Made by a program: the position numbers and the translations under genes. Below the pieces are notes generated by a model. The model worked only from the letters and a program-made list of their open reading frames with translations, was not told the DNA's origin and searched no databases. From an uncultured Gemmatimonadales bacterium (lineage in GTDB: Bacteria > Gemmatimonadota > Gemmatimonadetes > Gemmatimonadales > GWC2-71-9), in the NCBI GenBank assembly GCA_963730915.1, contig CAVSTR010000003.1:426493-490492 (forward strand): 64,000 nt of DNA, given 5' to 3'. Shown here one piece after another: positions 47,937 through 59,166 of this stretch. How positions within the stretch are numbered: the first letter of the stretch is position 1; the number at the start of each line of letters is the position of its first letter.

Positions 47937-50340
47937 TCAGCTCGTCGGCAACCCGACTCGCTTCATCAGTGCGGAGTAGCGCTTGTCGCCGCGCAGCAGG
48001 TCGAAGCGTGGATCGGTGGTCAGAAAGACCAAGCCGTAGGCCCGCTCCGCGAATCCCCGCTCCAGCCATCCGAAGGCACGATCTTGTTCCCCGAGCCCAC
48101 TGTAAATCATGGCAATGTCGACGGGCGAGATGTACTCGTGGGTGGCGCGAACCTCGAGCTCCTCGAGGATCCGGCGCGCCTCAGCGCGCTGCCCGGCGAT
48201 GGCGTACGCGTGCCCCAGTGCGGCTGAATACACCGGAATTGGCCCCGCGCGTTTGATGGTTTCCTTAAATTCCTCAATTGCTTCGGGCAGGCGCGCAGTC
48301 TGCTCGTAGGACATGCCCAGCCAGTAGTGTGCGCGGCTGAAGGTGGAGTCGATCTCGAGCGCTCGCTTGGCCTGCGCGATCGCTTCGGGATATCGGCGGG
48401 CATTGTAATAGGGACGTGCGGCCGCGGCCTGAGTGAGCAGGGAGAGCGGGTCGAGTTCCACCGCCACCCTGGAGCTGGCGATGGCCTCGTCCGGGCGATT
48501 CATCACGGCCAGGAAAAAAGCGAGGCCACCATGCCCCCCGCCAGTACCGGTCGAGCGGGGATCGAGCGCGATCGCGCGCCGATAGTGCTGTTCCGCTGCC
48601 GCGAACTCCCACGAGTAGAGCATCTGAACTCGCGCGAGCGCCGACATAGGCCATTCCCGGCGTGGAGTCTATCTCCAAGGCCTTGAGCGCCGCCGCCCGC
48701 GATTTGGGGAAGGTCTCCTCCGGTGTCCCGAGGGCGTAGTAGCCAAGTTCGGAGTAGCAGCCAGCAGAGGCCGACATAGGCGGCCGCGTACAAAGGCTCC
48801 GCATCTATCGCCTGCTGGAAGTAGCCGATTGCCTTCCTGAAGTCCGCCCCGCTCACTTTGCCCAGAAAGTAGACGCCCCGCAGGTAAGCCTCGTACGCAG
48901 TGGGATTGATCTGGCGCTTCGTTGTGTCGAGGCGAGTGCTGTCCCTTGGGCTCAAGCGAGACCCGCAGTGTGTCCGCGACTGCGCGCACCACCGAATCCT
49001 GCAGGTTGAGGATGTTCCGGAAATCACCGGTGTAGCTTCTGGCCCAGATGGCCTGACCGGTGCTGGTCGAGTTGATTTGGGCGGTGATACGCACATCCGT
49101 CTCCCACCCGTTGCAGCGAGCCGCCCAGGACCGCATCAATATTGATTCCCCGGTCGCGCGCCAACTCCAGGTCGGCTCTCTCGTCGCGCAACCTGATCAC
49201 CTTGAGCGTCGTGATCTGCACCAGCTCCGTGATCAGCTGGTCAGTGATGCCTTGGGCCAAGTACACCTGAGTAGGGTCCCCGGTAAGGTTTCCGAACGGG
49301 GCAATGGCCAGCGATCGGAACAAATGCTCGCCGGCCGAGACTGCTGCGCTTTGCCTCATACGAACGGCTTGCACGCTGCTGAGCAGCCCAATAGCAACGA
49401 TCCCGGCAAGGACAGCCCGCCAAACGTTGCGGCGGCGATGTGAGCCCGCGATTGACGCGGCCACATTGGTCGTGACGGTCGCCTGCGCCGCGTCCGCCTG
49501 GGTCAGGGCCAGCGCAAACTCGGCCGCGGTGGCAAACCGGTCGGCCGAGCACTTCGCAAGGGAGCGGGTGATGGCTCGCTCCACCCCCACCGGAATCGTT
49601 GATCGCACTGTCCGCAGGCTGGGCACGGGATCCACTGCATGCCGGGCCAGGATCGATTGTCCGGTCGAGCCCTGAAAGGGCGGCGTCCCAGCCAGCATTT
49701 CATAGAGCACGCAGCCGAGGGCATACTGATCGGCTCGGCCGTCCAGGAAGTCTCCGGTGGCCTGTTCCGGGCTCATGTAGTACGGTGTGCCCAGCGCGAG
49801 ACCGGTTTCGGTCAGCTTCTCACCACCCGCCGAATTCAGCGCCCTTGCGATGCCGAAATCCGCCACCATCGCATGTCCGCCCGACAACAGGATGTTTTCC
49901 GGCTTGATATCCCGGTGTACCACGTTATGGGTGTGCGCATAGCTCAGCGCATCGGCGACCTCGCGCGTAATCGTGATCGCATAATCCAATGGGAGCTGGC
50001 GCTCGCGGTTCAGCCGGTCGCGAAGCGATTCCCCCTCTACGTATGGCATGGTGTAGAACAGCAGACCGGGGCCGATACCCGAGTCCGACGGGATTTCGCC
50101 GGAATCCAGCAAACCGAGGATGTGGGGATGCTGCAGGGTGGCGGAGGTCTTTATCTCGAGCAGGAAGCGGTCACCGCCGAGGGCGGCGCCAATTTCGGGC
50201 CGAAGCACCTTGAGGGCAACACGGCAGCCGTGCTTCAGGTCCTCGGCGAGATAGACGGTCGCCATGCCGCCCCGGCCCAGCTCGCGCTCGATCCGGTAGC
50301 GTTGGCCCAAACCGTCCTGCAAGCGATCGACCAGACTCAA
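47937..50340 (-). pseudogene. Ser/Thr protein kinase with TM, periplasmic-type and TPR regions; C-terminal half broken by at least five apparent frameshifts
   Basis: The kinase domain is intact (GRGGMATVYLAED, HRDIKPENILL, DFGIA, GTPYYMSPEQ). From about 49140 downward the homologous sequence hops through ORFs 48669-49139, 48503-49096, 48274-48804 and 47937-48647. TTG at 50338-50340 is the likely start. Confidence 0.7.
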
Positions 50341-50513
50341 GGTGGCTCCGTGGTGGTCGAGGCAGTCCGCGCCGGCAACGGGAGGAGATCTGAAATGATG
50401 TGGGTCAGGCTGTAATGTGTCCTGCCGTACTTGATACTGCGAGCGGCTAGCGAGCAATCCTCTCCTGCCGCATCTTTCGCGTCGAAATCTCCCTGTTCAT
50501 CGTACCGCGAGCT

Positions 50514-52883
50514 TTGCTCTGGTGTTCAGACCAGCAGGCACACATCACCGAAGCGCTCGCCGGCCGTTATCGGGTCGAACGCGAACTCGGCCGGGGCGGC
50601 ATGGCAATCGTCTACCTGGCGCGTGACCTTCGGCACGACCGGCAGGTGGCGATCAAGGTCCTCCGCGCCGAGCTGGCGCACGTGCTCGGTCCCGAACGCT
50701 TCCTCCGAGAGATCGGGACTGCTGCCAGGCTGCAGCATCCCCTGATCCTGCCGGTGTTCGATAGCGGTGCCGCCCCGTCGCAAGACGGGCGAGAGGCGGA
50801 GTGTCTGTGGTACGCCATGCCATTCATTGCGGGCGAATCGCTGCGCGACCGGATGACCCGGGAGCGGCAGATCGCGGTGGAAGACGCGGTGCGAATAGGT
50901 GCTGAAGTGGCCCAGGCGCTCGACTACGCTCACGCCCAGGGAGTCGTCCACCGCGACATCAAGCCGGAGAATATTCTGCTGTCAGACGGCCATGCCGTCG
51001 TCGCAGATTTCGGTCTGGCCCGGTCGGTCAGCGCAGCCGGCGACGAGCGGCTGACGGAGACCGGGCTTTCTCTGGGCACTCCAGCGTATATGAGTCCGGA
51101 ACAGGCGGCGTCCGACCTCAATCTCGATGGACGGTCGGATCTCTACGCACTGGGCTGCGTGATCTACGAGATGCTCGCCGGGCAACCTCCATTTACCGGC
51201 TCGACCGCTCAGGCGATCCTCGCGCGCCACGCCTTGGACCCAGTGCCTCGCCTGCGCACGGTCCGCGCGACGGTCCCGGCCGGTGTGGAGGCGGCGATCT
51301 CCCGCGTGCTGAATAAGGTGCCGGCGGATCGGTTTGCCAGCGCCGAGGCATTCGCCAGAGCCCTGAACCAGGGCCTGCACTCTGCGAATACCCGGCGCCC
51401 CAGCAGGCTTCCGCTGTTGGGCGGAGCCGCGGTCGTCGCCTTGGTGGTCGCGCTGCTATTCGGCGCCCGCAGTTGGCGCGGGGACAAGGCCGGTGCCGGC
51501 AAACACGCTCTTACATCCCTGGCCGTCCTCCCCTTCAGCAACCTCACCGGAGACACAGCACAGGTGTATCTCGCGGAGGGCCTCACTGACCAGTTGGTGA
51601 CCAGCCTGGCCCAAGTCAGCGCCCTCCGAGTGATTTCCCTGAAGGGCCGCAGCCAGGAAGCCAACGACGAGGCGATGAAGGACAACCGGATCGATGCCAC
51701 ATTGGCGGGATCCCTTCAGCGCGCGGGCAATGCGGTGCACATCACTGTCAAGCTGGTCTCGGCTTCAACCCACCAAACCCTTTGGGCCCAAGGTTACGAT
51801 GGCGAGCTGAGCGATATCCTCAGGTTGCAGGCAGAAGTCGCACGGTCAGTCGCCACCCAACTCCGCGCCTCGACGACAAGGCAGGAACGCTCCGGGCTCA
51901 CGGTGGAACGCCCCGCGGTCAATCCTGTCGCGTACGATGCCTATGTCCGCGGCACCTATTTCCATAGCCGAGCCGTGGGCAAGGCGGACTCTCAGAAAGC
52001 GATCGGATACCTGCAGCAGGCGATCGAGGCGGACCCAACCTACGCCGCCGCCTACGCAGAGCTTGCCAGTTGCTACGCCGATATGGGCTATCTCGGTCTG
52101 GATCCGCCCGAAGCGGTCTTTCCGCTGGCTCGGGCCGCCGCCCTCCGGGCCCTGGAGTTGGACTCCTTACTCGGAGAAGCCCATGTGGCGCTGGGCTATG
52201 TCGATTTCGTCTTTGGCTGGGAGTTCGCCGCCGCCGAGCGGGGGTTCCGGCGCGGGCTCGAGCTCAATCCGAGCTACGCCAGAGGTTACCTGAACTACAT
52301 GGTGCTGCTGGTGGCGCAGAATCGCAGCGAGGAAGCCATCGCCGTGATGAAGCGCGCGCAGGAGGTCGATCCCCTCTCGCTCATCATGCTCGCCGCTGCC
52401 GCGCGGCCCTATTACAACGCCCGACGATACGACGAGGCGATCGCCCAATCGCAGAAGGCCCTCGAGATCGACTCGACCTTTGGTCGCGCGCACTACTGGC
52501 GGGGCCTGTCCTACGAGCACCTGCCCCGGCCGGCCGACGCCATTCGGGAGTTCGAGCAGCTCAGTGCCCGAGCCCCGATGTCACTGCACCTCGCGGCGCT
52601 AGGTCACGCCTACGCGGTGGGCGGCCAGCGGGGGAAGGCCGAAAAGGTCCTCAAGGAACTGCAGGCGCGGTCGGATACCAGCTACGTCTCGCCGTTCGAT
52701 TTCGCTACGCTCTATGCCGGGCTCGGCGACCGAGCGCGGACGCTGGAATGGCTGGAGAAGGCGTACGCCAGGCGAGTGCCCTATCTGGTGTTCCTGGCGG
52801 TGGATCCGCAGTTCGACGCCTTCCGCGCTGACCCTCGCTTCCGCGACCTGGTCCGCCGGATTGGGCTCACGGTAGGATCCTGA
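50514..52883 (+). CDS. Ser/Thr protein kinase with TM, periplasmic-type and TPR regions (intact paralog)
   Basis: 789-aa ORF with GRGGMAIVYLARD, HRDIKPENILL, DFGLA and GTPAYMSPEQ, and C-terminal TPRs. It is collinear with the minus-strand neighbour. Confidence 0.85.
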   Translation: MLWCSDQQAHITEALAGRYRVERELGRGGMAIVYLARDLRHDRQVAIKVLRAELAHVLGPERFLREIGTAARLQHPLILPVFDSGAAPSQDGREAECLWYAMPFIAGESLRDRMTRERQIAVEDAVRIGAEVAQALDYAHAQGVVHRDIKPENILLSDGHAVVADFGLARSVSAAGDERLTETGLSLGTPAYMSPEQAASDLNLDGRSDLYALGCVIYEMLAGQPPFTGSTAQAILARHALDPVPRLRTVRATVPAGVEAAISRVLNKVPADRFASAEAFARALNQGLHSANTRRPSRLPLLGGAAVVALVVALLFGARSWRGDKAGAGKHALTSLAVLPFSNLTGDTAQVYLAEGLTDQLVTSLAQVSALRVISLKGRSQEANDEAMKDNRIDATLAGSLQRAGNAVHITVKLVSASTHQTLWAQGYDGELSDILRLQAEVARSVATQLRASTTRQERSGLTVERPAVNPVAYDAYVRGTYFHSRAVGKADSQKAIGYLQQAIEADPTYAAAYAELASCYADMGYLGLDPPEAVFPLARAAALRALELDSLLGEAHVALGYVDFVFGWEFAAAERGFRRGLELNPSYARGYLNYMVLLVAQNRSEEAIAVMKRAQEVDPLSLIMLAAAARPYYNARRYDEAIAQSQKALEIDSTFGRAHYWRGLSYEHLPRPADAIREFEQLSARAPMSLHLAALGHAYAVGGQRGKAEKVLKELQARSDTSYVSPFDFATLYAGLGDRARTLEWLEKAYARRVPYLVFLAVDPQFDAFRADPRFRDLVRRIGLTVGS

Positions 52884-52884
52884 A

Positions 52885-53960
52885 TTACATGCGCCTGGTG
52901 TACCCCAGGAAGATCAACCTCTTGGCGAGGTCCCCCTGGAAGCTCTGACCTTCGGGAATAACCTGGCCACGGTAGAACTCTCCGTGAACGCGGATCGGTA
53001 CGCTCACGGTGAAGTCGTTCTGGCCGATGCTGAGTGAGAGCCCTGGATCGATGAAGACCGAGCGAGCGGAGGCGCGGAATCCGTCGCTGCTTCCGATCAG
53101 GTCTTGGACCGGTATGCCGTCGGTCCGAAGCCCGAGACTGGCGGACAGCCCCTGTCTCGGCAAGACAGCAAACGCGAGCCCTAGACGGGCGTGGTAGACA
53201 TCGGTCACCGACAGGGGAGTCACGAAAGTCGGCGTAAACCTCACCTCACTAGTGTTCCTTGGGCTCAGCTGATAGGACCCGAAGACATATCCGGACAGCC
53301 TTCCCGCCAGCCTGCTGAACGCCTGGGCCTGCACCATGATACCCCAACCGCCGTCGCCCATCTGGATGCCGGGATGAACGGGGTGCTGAACGATTCCCAA
53401 GGCAGGATTGAAAATGTGATCGTCCTCGACGGTGTTGCTCCCAGTCGGGGCTTTCACTCCCAAGCCCACGGCGACATTGCCAGAGCCATGGGTGAGTGGG
53501 TCCAGCAGCCACATGGTGCCGACAAGGTTGATGTCGCCAACCCCAGAACCCTTCGTGACACGACGGTTGCCGTCGCCGTGGATTCGTGAATTGCTGCCGC
53601 TCGCGGTGGGCACTGTTAGCTGGAGGCTTAAGCGGTTGCTCACACCATAGGCCAGAGAGAGATCGACCGAGTTGATGCTGAAACGGTTTGGCTGTCCGCC
53701 CGGCGCCCTGGATCCATCCGAGGGAGTCAGGGTATCGAGGATGAACCAGTCATCCGCAGTGAGGTTCCGATACGAGAGGTTTAGCTCGAATCTTCCGGCT
53801 GGTAGAATGGCTTGTCGATGTCCACCCAGACTGGGGGACGTAAAGCGGACCGGCATTCAGCCCTGGGCCAGTGCGATCCTGGGAAAGAGCCCGAGAATGA
53901 CAATTGCAGCGAGGACGGCGAACCCCCCACGTGGCACAGGGTGCGGCGAGTGCGGAAGCA
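52885..53960 (-). pseudogene. putative outer-membrane beta-barrel protein, one apparent frameshift after the signal peptide
   Basis: The signal peptide MLPHSPHPVPRGGFAVLAAIVILGLFPRIALAQG (ATG 53958-53960) runs into TGA. The mature part (alternating beta-strand pattern, ...LIFLGYTRRM) lies in ORF 52885-53856. The junction is at about 53855-53862. Confidence 0.5.
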
Positions 53961-54054
53961 TGACACCTCGATTGTTCGGGGGATCTGAATGGCAAACTAC
54001 CGTACTGTTACGGTTTCAGCAAACCTCGGAGCCGAAAAGTCGCTCCGGCGCACG

Positions 54055-54639
54055 CTAGTTTCGAGGGTCGGAAGATTTGGCGGGACTGGACTGGTTGGCG
54101 GTGCTATGAGGGAGGATCGTCCCAAGCCCGAGCTCAAGCGCCTCGGTGGTGAGCGGTCCTGAATGTACGGTTCGCACCATCCCACCGGAATCCACGAAAA
54201 CCGTCGTGGGAAGTAAGACCAGAGAATACATCGCGCGAACCTTGCCTCGAACATCCAGGAGCACGGGGAATGGAATCCGAAGCTTTGCGACGAACCGGGT
54301 GACGTCCTTTCGATTTTCCTGGTCGGTCAAGTTCACGGCCAGAATTTCAATTGCACCGGCCCTTGCACGCCAGGCATCGATCAAGTCGGGCATTTCCGTG
54401 CGGCACGGCTTACACCAGGACGCCCAGAAGTTAATGACGACCGGACGTCCCCTGAGCTCACCCAGCGTGAGCCGCCCACCTTCAAGCCGCTCCAGCTCGA
54501 AGAGGGGCGATGGGCGACCCACCACCAAAACATCATCTTGTGCGTGCGTTGGTTCAGCACACGCGATAACCAGGATGGCTGCGAATAGGATCGCCAGGTT
54601 TCGGCTGGGCGGGACGTACTCGGCAATCGAGAGATTCAA
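54055..54639 (-). CDS. TlpA/ResA-family thiol:disulfide oxidoreductase
   Basis: Signal/TM segment plus the thioredoxin motif VINFWASWCKPCRTEMP. Confidence 0.85.
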   Translation of the reverse strand: MNLSIAEYVPPSRNLAILFAAILVIACAEPTHAQDDVLVVGRPSPLFELERLEGGRLTLGELRGRPVVINFWASWCKPCRTEMPDLIDAWRARAGAIEILAVNLTDQENRKDVTRFVAKLRIPFPVLLDVRGKVRAMYSLVLLPTTVFVDSGGMVRTVHSGPLTTEALELGLGTILPHSTANQSSPAKSSDPRN

Positions 54640-54648
54640 ACCGGCATC

Positions 54649-57600
54649 TTAGCGGCCGACGCCGTGGCACTTCTTGTACTTCTTGCCCGAGCCGCAGGGG
54701 CAGGGATCGTTGCGGCCAACCTCGGGCACCGCCGCCGTGGCCCGGCCAAGCGGGCCTACGGAGCTGTTGATCCCAGGGCTAACCGGAGGAGGCGCCGGAA
54801 CCCTCCGGCTGGAGGCGAACAGATCGTCCGTCCCCGAAGGATCAACTGGTGCCGGCTCGGCCACCGGCGCACGGCGGGCCCGGGGCTCCGGAGGCGGAGG
54901 ATCGGCGCTGACCTGAATCTTGAAGAAGCGCTCGGTGAAGGTCGACTGAATGTCGTGCATCAGATCCTCGAACATCTCGAACGCCTCGCGCTTGTACTCC
55001 ACGAGTGGGTCCTTCTGTCCCCAGGCGCGATACTGAATGGCGTTCCGGAGTTGATCGAGGTCGTACAGATGATCCTTCCACTTTTCGTCCAGGACCGACA
55101 GCATGACCTGCGACAGCACCTGATTGTCGACTTCCGGGAGACCGATCGTCCGGCCGAAATCGCTCAAGTACTTGATCTTCCGCTGGAACGTCTGCTCGCC
55201 TTCCGCCTGCGCTGCCTCCGCCATCTTTTCGATGGTGGGGCTAGCTGCAGCATCGACGATGGGATCGACCGTCACCAGGTACTGCATGGTGAGCGACTCG
55301 CGCAGGCCCCCGCGATCATACTCTTCCGGCCGGGTCGTTCCGGTGAGGTACTGATGAACGGCGCGCTGCAGCGCGAGCTCGATCATGCGCCGCGCTTCGG
55401 CCTTCAGCTCCTCGCCCCGCTCCAGCGCGAACAGACGCAGCGAGTAAATGACTTCGCGCTGCTGATTCATCACGTCATCGTACTCGAGGAGCCGCTTGCG
55501 CTGCTGGAAGTTCTGCAGCTCGACCCGCTTCTGCGCCTGCTCGATGGCTCGGGTAACCAGCCCGCCGGTGATGACCTCGCCCTCCTCCGCACCGCTCTTG
55601 TCCATCCAGCGCGCGATACGGTCCGAGCCGAACAGGCGCATCAGATCGTCTTCGAGCGACAGGAAGAAGATGGTCTGGCCCGGATCGCCCTGGCGTCCGG
55701 AGCGCCCGCGGAGCTGGCGATCGATTCGGCGGGACTCATGCCGCTCCGTGCCGATGATCTGGAGACCGGCTTCAGGCTGCGACAAATCGAGGTCCTTGCC
55801 CAGTTTGATGTCGGTTCCGCGCCCCGCCATGTTCGTGGCGATGACGATTGCGGATTTCTGACCGGCGCCGGCGACGATCTCTGCCTCCCGCTGGTGGTAC
55901 TTGGCGTTGAGGACTTCATGCTTCAGGCCGCGGCGCTTGAGCTGGCGCGACAGCGTCTCGGACACGTCCACGTTCACAGTGCCGATCAGAATGGGCCACC
56001 CCAGCCCATGCAGGCGCTCGACCTCGGCCATGATCGCGTCGTGCTTTTCCTTCCGGGTCTTGTAGATCCGGTCCGGTTGATCGAGCCGTCGGATAGGACG
56101 GTGAGTCGGAATGACGTTGACATCGAGACCGTAGATCTGATAGAACTCGGTTTCTTCGGTCTCGGCAGTGCCGGTCATGCCCGCCAGCTTGTCGTACATC
56201 CGGAAATAGTTCTGGATGGTTATAGTGGCGAAGGTCTGGGTCTCGCCTTTGACCTGAACCCCTTCCTTGGCCTCCACCGCCTGGTGCAGCCCGTCGGCCC
56301 ACCGCCGACCAGTCATGACCCGGCCGGTGAATTCATCGACGATCATCACCTGGCCTTCCTGCACCAGATAATCGACTTCCTTCTCGTAGAGAACATGCGC
56401 CTGCAAGAGCTTGTGGATGATGTGAAGCTTTTCACTCTTGATGGCGTAGTCGGATTCGACCTGCCTCCGACGCTCGATCCGCTCGGTGGGTGTCAGATCC
56501 TGATCCCGATCGATCGCGTGAATCTCCTCTGAGATATCGGGAACCAGGAACAGTCCCGGCTCATTGGGTGACATGGCCTCCGAGCCACGATCGGTCAGAT
56601 GGACCGAGTGGCCTTTCTCGTCGAGCACGAAGTAGAGCGTCTCTTCCAGATCCCGCATCCGCTGCTGCTTCATCGGCAGCTTGCGGTCCGCGATCGCGTC
56701 GAGCTCCATGCGCTGCACCAGCTGCTTCGTCCCGGTTTCATTGAGCATCTTGAGCAGCCGCTTGTTCTTCGGCATGCCCAACCGCGCCTGGTAGAGCTTG
56801 AGCGCCGCATCGTTCCGTGTCTTGGGGTCCTCCAGCAGCTTCTCCGCTTCCGACAACAGCGTGTTCACCACACCGGTCTGTTTCCGCACCAGCTCGGCCA
56901 CCTGCCGACTGAATTGCGCGTACTTCTCGTCGCTCTCGTTCCCCACCGGCCCCGAGATGATGAGCGGCGTCCTGGCTTCGTCGATGAGGATCGAGTCCAC
57001 CTCGTCGATGATGGCGTAGGCATGCTCCCTCTGCACCCGCTGATCCAGCGAGAACACCATGTTATCGCGCAGGTAGTCGAAGCCGAACTCGTTGTTCGTG
57101 CCGTAGGTGATGTCAGAGAGATAGGCAGCACGCCGCTCGGGGGACGACGGCTCAGTATCGTCCAGGCACGCTACCGACAGGCCCAGATAGGTGAAGACGT
57201 GCCCCATCCACTGGGAGTCGCGCCGGGCCAGGTAGTTGTTGACGGTAACCAGGTGGGAGCCACGGCCGGCGAGCGCGTTCAGATAGAGCGGCAGGGTGGC
57301 CACCAGGGTCTTGCCTTCGCCGGTGGCCATTTCCGCGATCTTACCCTGGTGCAGAACGACGCCACCGATCAGCTGGACATCGTAGGGGACCATGTCCCAG
57401 ACCAGCTCCCGGCCCGTTACCATGACGGTGGTGCCGAACAGACGGCGGCAGGCCTCACGCACCGTGGCAAACGCTTCAGGAAGAATCTCGTTCAGACCGG
57501 CAGCGAGTGCCTTCTTGTAGTCGCGCTCCAGCTCCTGAAAACGACCCTCCAGCCGATCGCGTTCGACCGGGTCGGCGCATCCGTGCTTGGCCTCGCGCAC

Positions 57601-57802
57601 CTCCTCGAGCTCGGCCTTGAGAGCGCCCGTGGCCTCGGCGAGACGCTCCCGGAAGCGCGAGAGTCTGCGCCTTGAGCTCGTCCTCCGCGAGATCCTTCAG
57701 CCGTTCCTCGTGGATATGTATCTGGTCCACGATCGGCTGAATGCGCTTCCGCTCTCGGTCGAATCGGGTGCCGAAGACCGAGGTCATCAAAGTCTTGATC
57801 AT
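54649..57802 (-). pseudogene. secA: preprotein translocase ATPase SecA, one apparent frameshift near codon 50
   Basis: The N-terminus [47 protein letters not shown] lies in ORF 57476-57802. The rest lies in the 983-aa ORF 54649-57600 ([29 protein letters not shown]-terminal zinc finger [14 protein letters not shown]). The junction is at about 57655-57666. Confidence 0.9.
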
Positions 57803-58372
57803 TCTGTATCCAAATATAACCGGTGCGCCCTGATGTACTCCGCCACGCTATCAGGGACCCAATAGCGGATTGACTGCCCTGCACGAACCCGGCTGCGGAT
57901 TTCGGTGGCCGAGATGTCGATAGCGGGAACCTGCACGGTTCCCGCTATCCAGGAGAGGGACGGAACGGCGGTTCCGGGCCGCTCGAATACGAAAATCTTC
58001 GCCAGATCCATGACCTGCTCCGCTTCCTTCCATGCGGGAAGGTCCACGGCAGCGTCCGCGCCCAGAAGCAGTACGAACTCGACCCCCGGCTCACGGTGCC
58101 GTAACTGACGCAGGGTATCGACCGTGTAGGACGGTGCCGGCCGGGCCAACTCACTGGGCTCAACGCTGAACCCAGGCACTCCCGCTCAGCGCGAGCGTCA
58201 GCATAGCGGCGCGGTGCTCGGAGGAGGTTCGGTGCCGGCCGATTTTGAAAGGCTGCTCACGCGCTGGAACGAAGCGCAGGGAATCCAGCTTGAGCTTTTC
58301 GGACGCCACTTGTCCCACGATAAGGTGTCCGTGATGGATCGGATCGAATGACCCTCCAAAGAGTCCGATCAT
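57799..58372 (-). pseudogene. nadD: nicotinate-nucleotide adenylyltransferase, one apparent frameshift
   Basis: MIGLFGGSFDPIHHGHL lies in ORF 58160-58372. [22 protein letters not shown]...ISATEIR lies in ORF 57799-58179. The junction is at about 58172-58186. Confidence 0.85.
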
Positions 58373-58380
58373 GGGCCCGC

Positions 58381-59166
58381 TCAGGCGCCGGTTGCCCTGG
58401 GACAGACCTCCCCCGCTCCATGCGCTTTGGGATGGAACCGTCGGATGTAATCGCAGGTTTCCTGAACATCCTCGCGATAGCCCAGCGTCTTGTATGCCTG
58501 CACCAGCTTGACCAGGGCATCGGGGGCGACTGCCGCCTTCGGATAGTTGGCGATGAGATCCTTGAAATAGAGGATGGCCGAGTCGTACGCCTTCAGGCGA
58601 TAGTAAAACATCGCCGCGCGATACGTCTTGAAGGCAAAGCGCTCGTTCAACTCGTTGATCCGAAGCTGCGCCCGCTTGGCGGCGGTGCTTGCAGGATATC
58701 GGTTGAGCAGCTCCTGATACGTGGCAAGCGCCGTCTGGCCGTATGTCGGGTCCAGCTCGGGCCGGCGCCAGAGGTCGGCATAGACGTCCCCCACGCGGAG
58801 GAGCGCTTCCGGGGCGATCGGATGATTGGGGGTATCGTCGGACGTCTTGCGGAACTCTCTTGCCGCCTCCAGCTGCCGACCTCGCGCAAAGTACGCCTCA
58901 CCGATCCAGTAGTGCGCCTGCGGAATGCGAGAATCGCCCGGCCGGAATTCGAGCAACACTCGCTCCAGCAGCTTTTCCGCGTCTCCCCATTTCCCGTGGC
59001 GAACGGACCACTCTGCGCGTTTCCAAAGTGAGTCCACCATTCCCGGCGTCGCGCTCTCCAACTGCCCGTCCCGAGCCGCGGGCGCAACCGCAGGATCGGC
59101 TACCCGGCGGCCGCCACCGCAAGCCGCCAGGAACACCGCTGTGATGAAGCAGAACCCGGGCTTCAT
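58381..59166 (-). CDS. bamD: outer membrane protein assembly factor BamD (YfiO)
   Basis: From the ATG at 59164-59166: MKPGFCFITAVFLAACGG (lipobox), then TPR-like repeats (AHYWIGEAYF, ALLRVGDVY, AAMFYYRLKAYDSAILYF). Confidence 0.8.
   Translation of the reverse strand: MKPGFCFITAVFLAACGGGRRVADPAVAPAARDGQLESATPGMVDSLWKRAEWSVRHGKWGDAEKLLERVLLEFRPGDSRIPQAHYWIGEAYFARGRQLEAAREFRKTSDDTPNHPIAPEALLRVGDVYADLWRRPELDPTYGQTALATYQELLNRYPASTAAKRAQLRINELNERFAFKTYRAAMFYYRLKAYDSAILYFKDLIANYPKAAVAPDALVKLVQAYKTLGYREDVQETCDYIRRFHPKAHGAGEVCPRATGA

Noticed and set aside
54664-57675. 622-aa and 358-aa plus-strand ORFs
   Set aside because: Both are entirely antisense to secA, which has overwhelming homology support. 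They are shadow ORFs.
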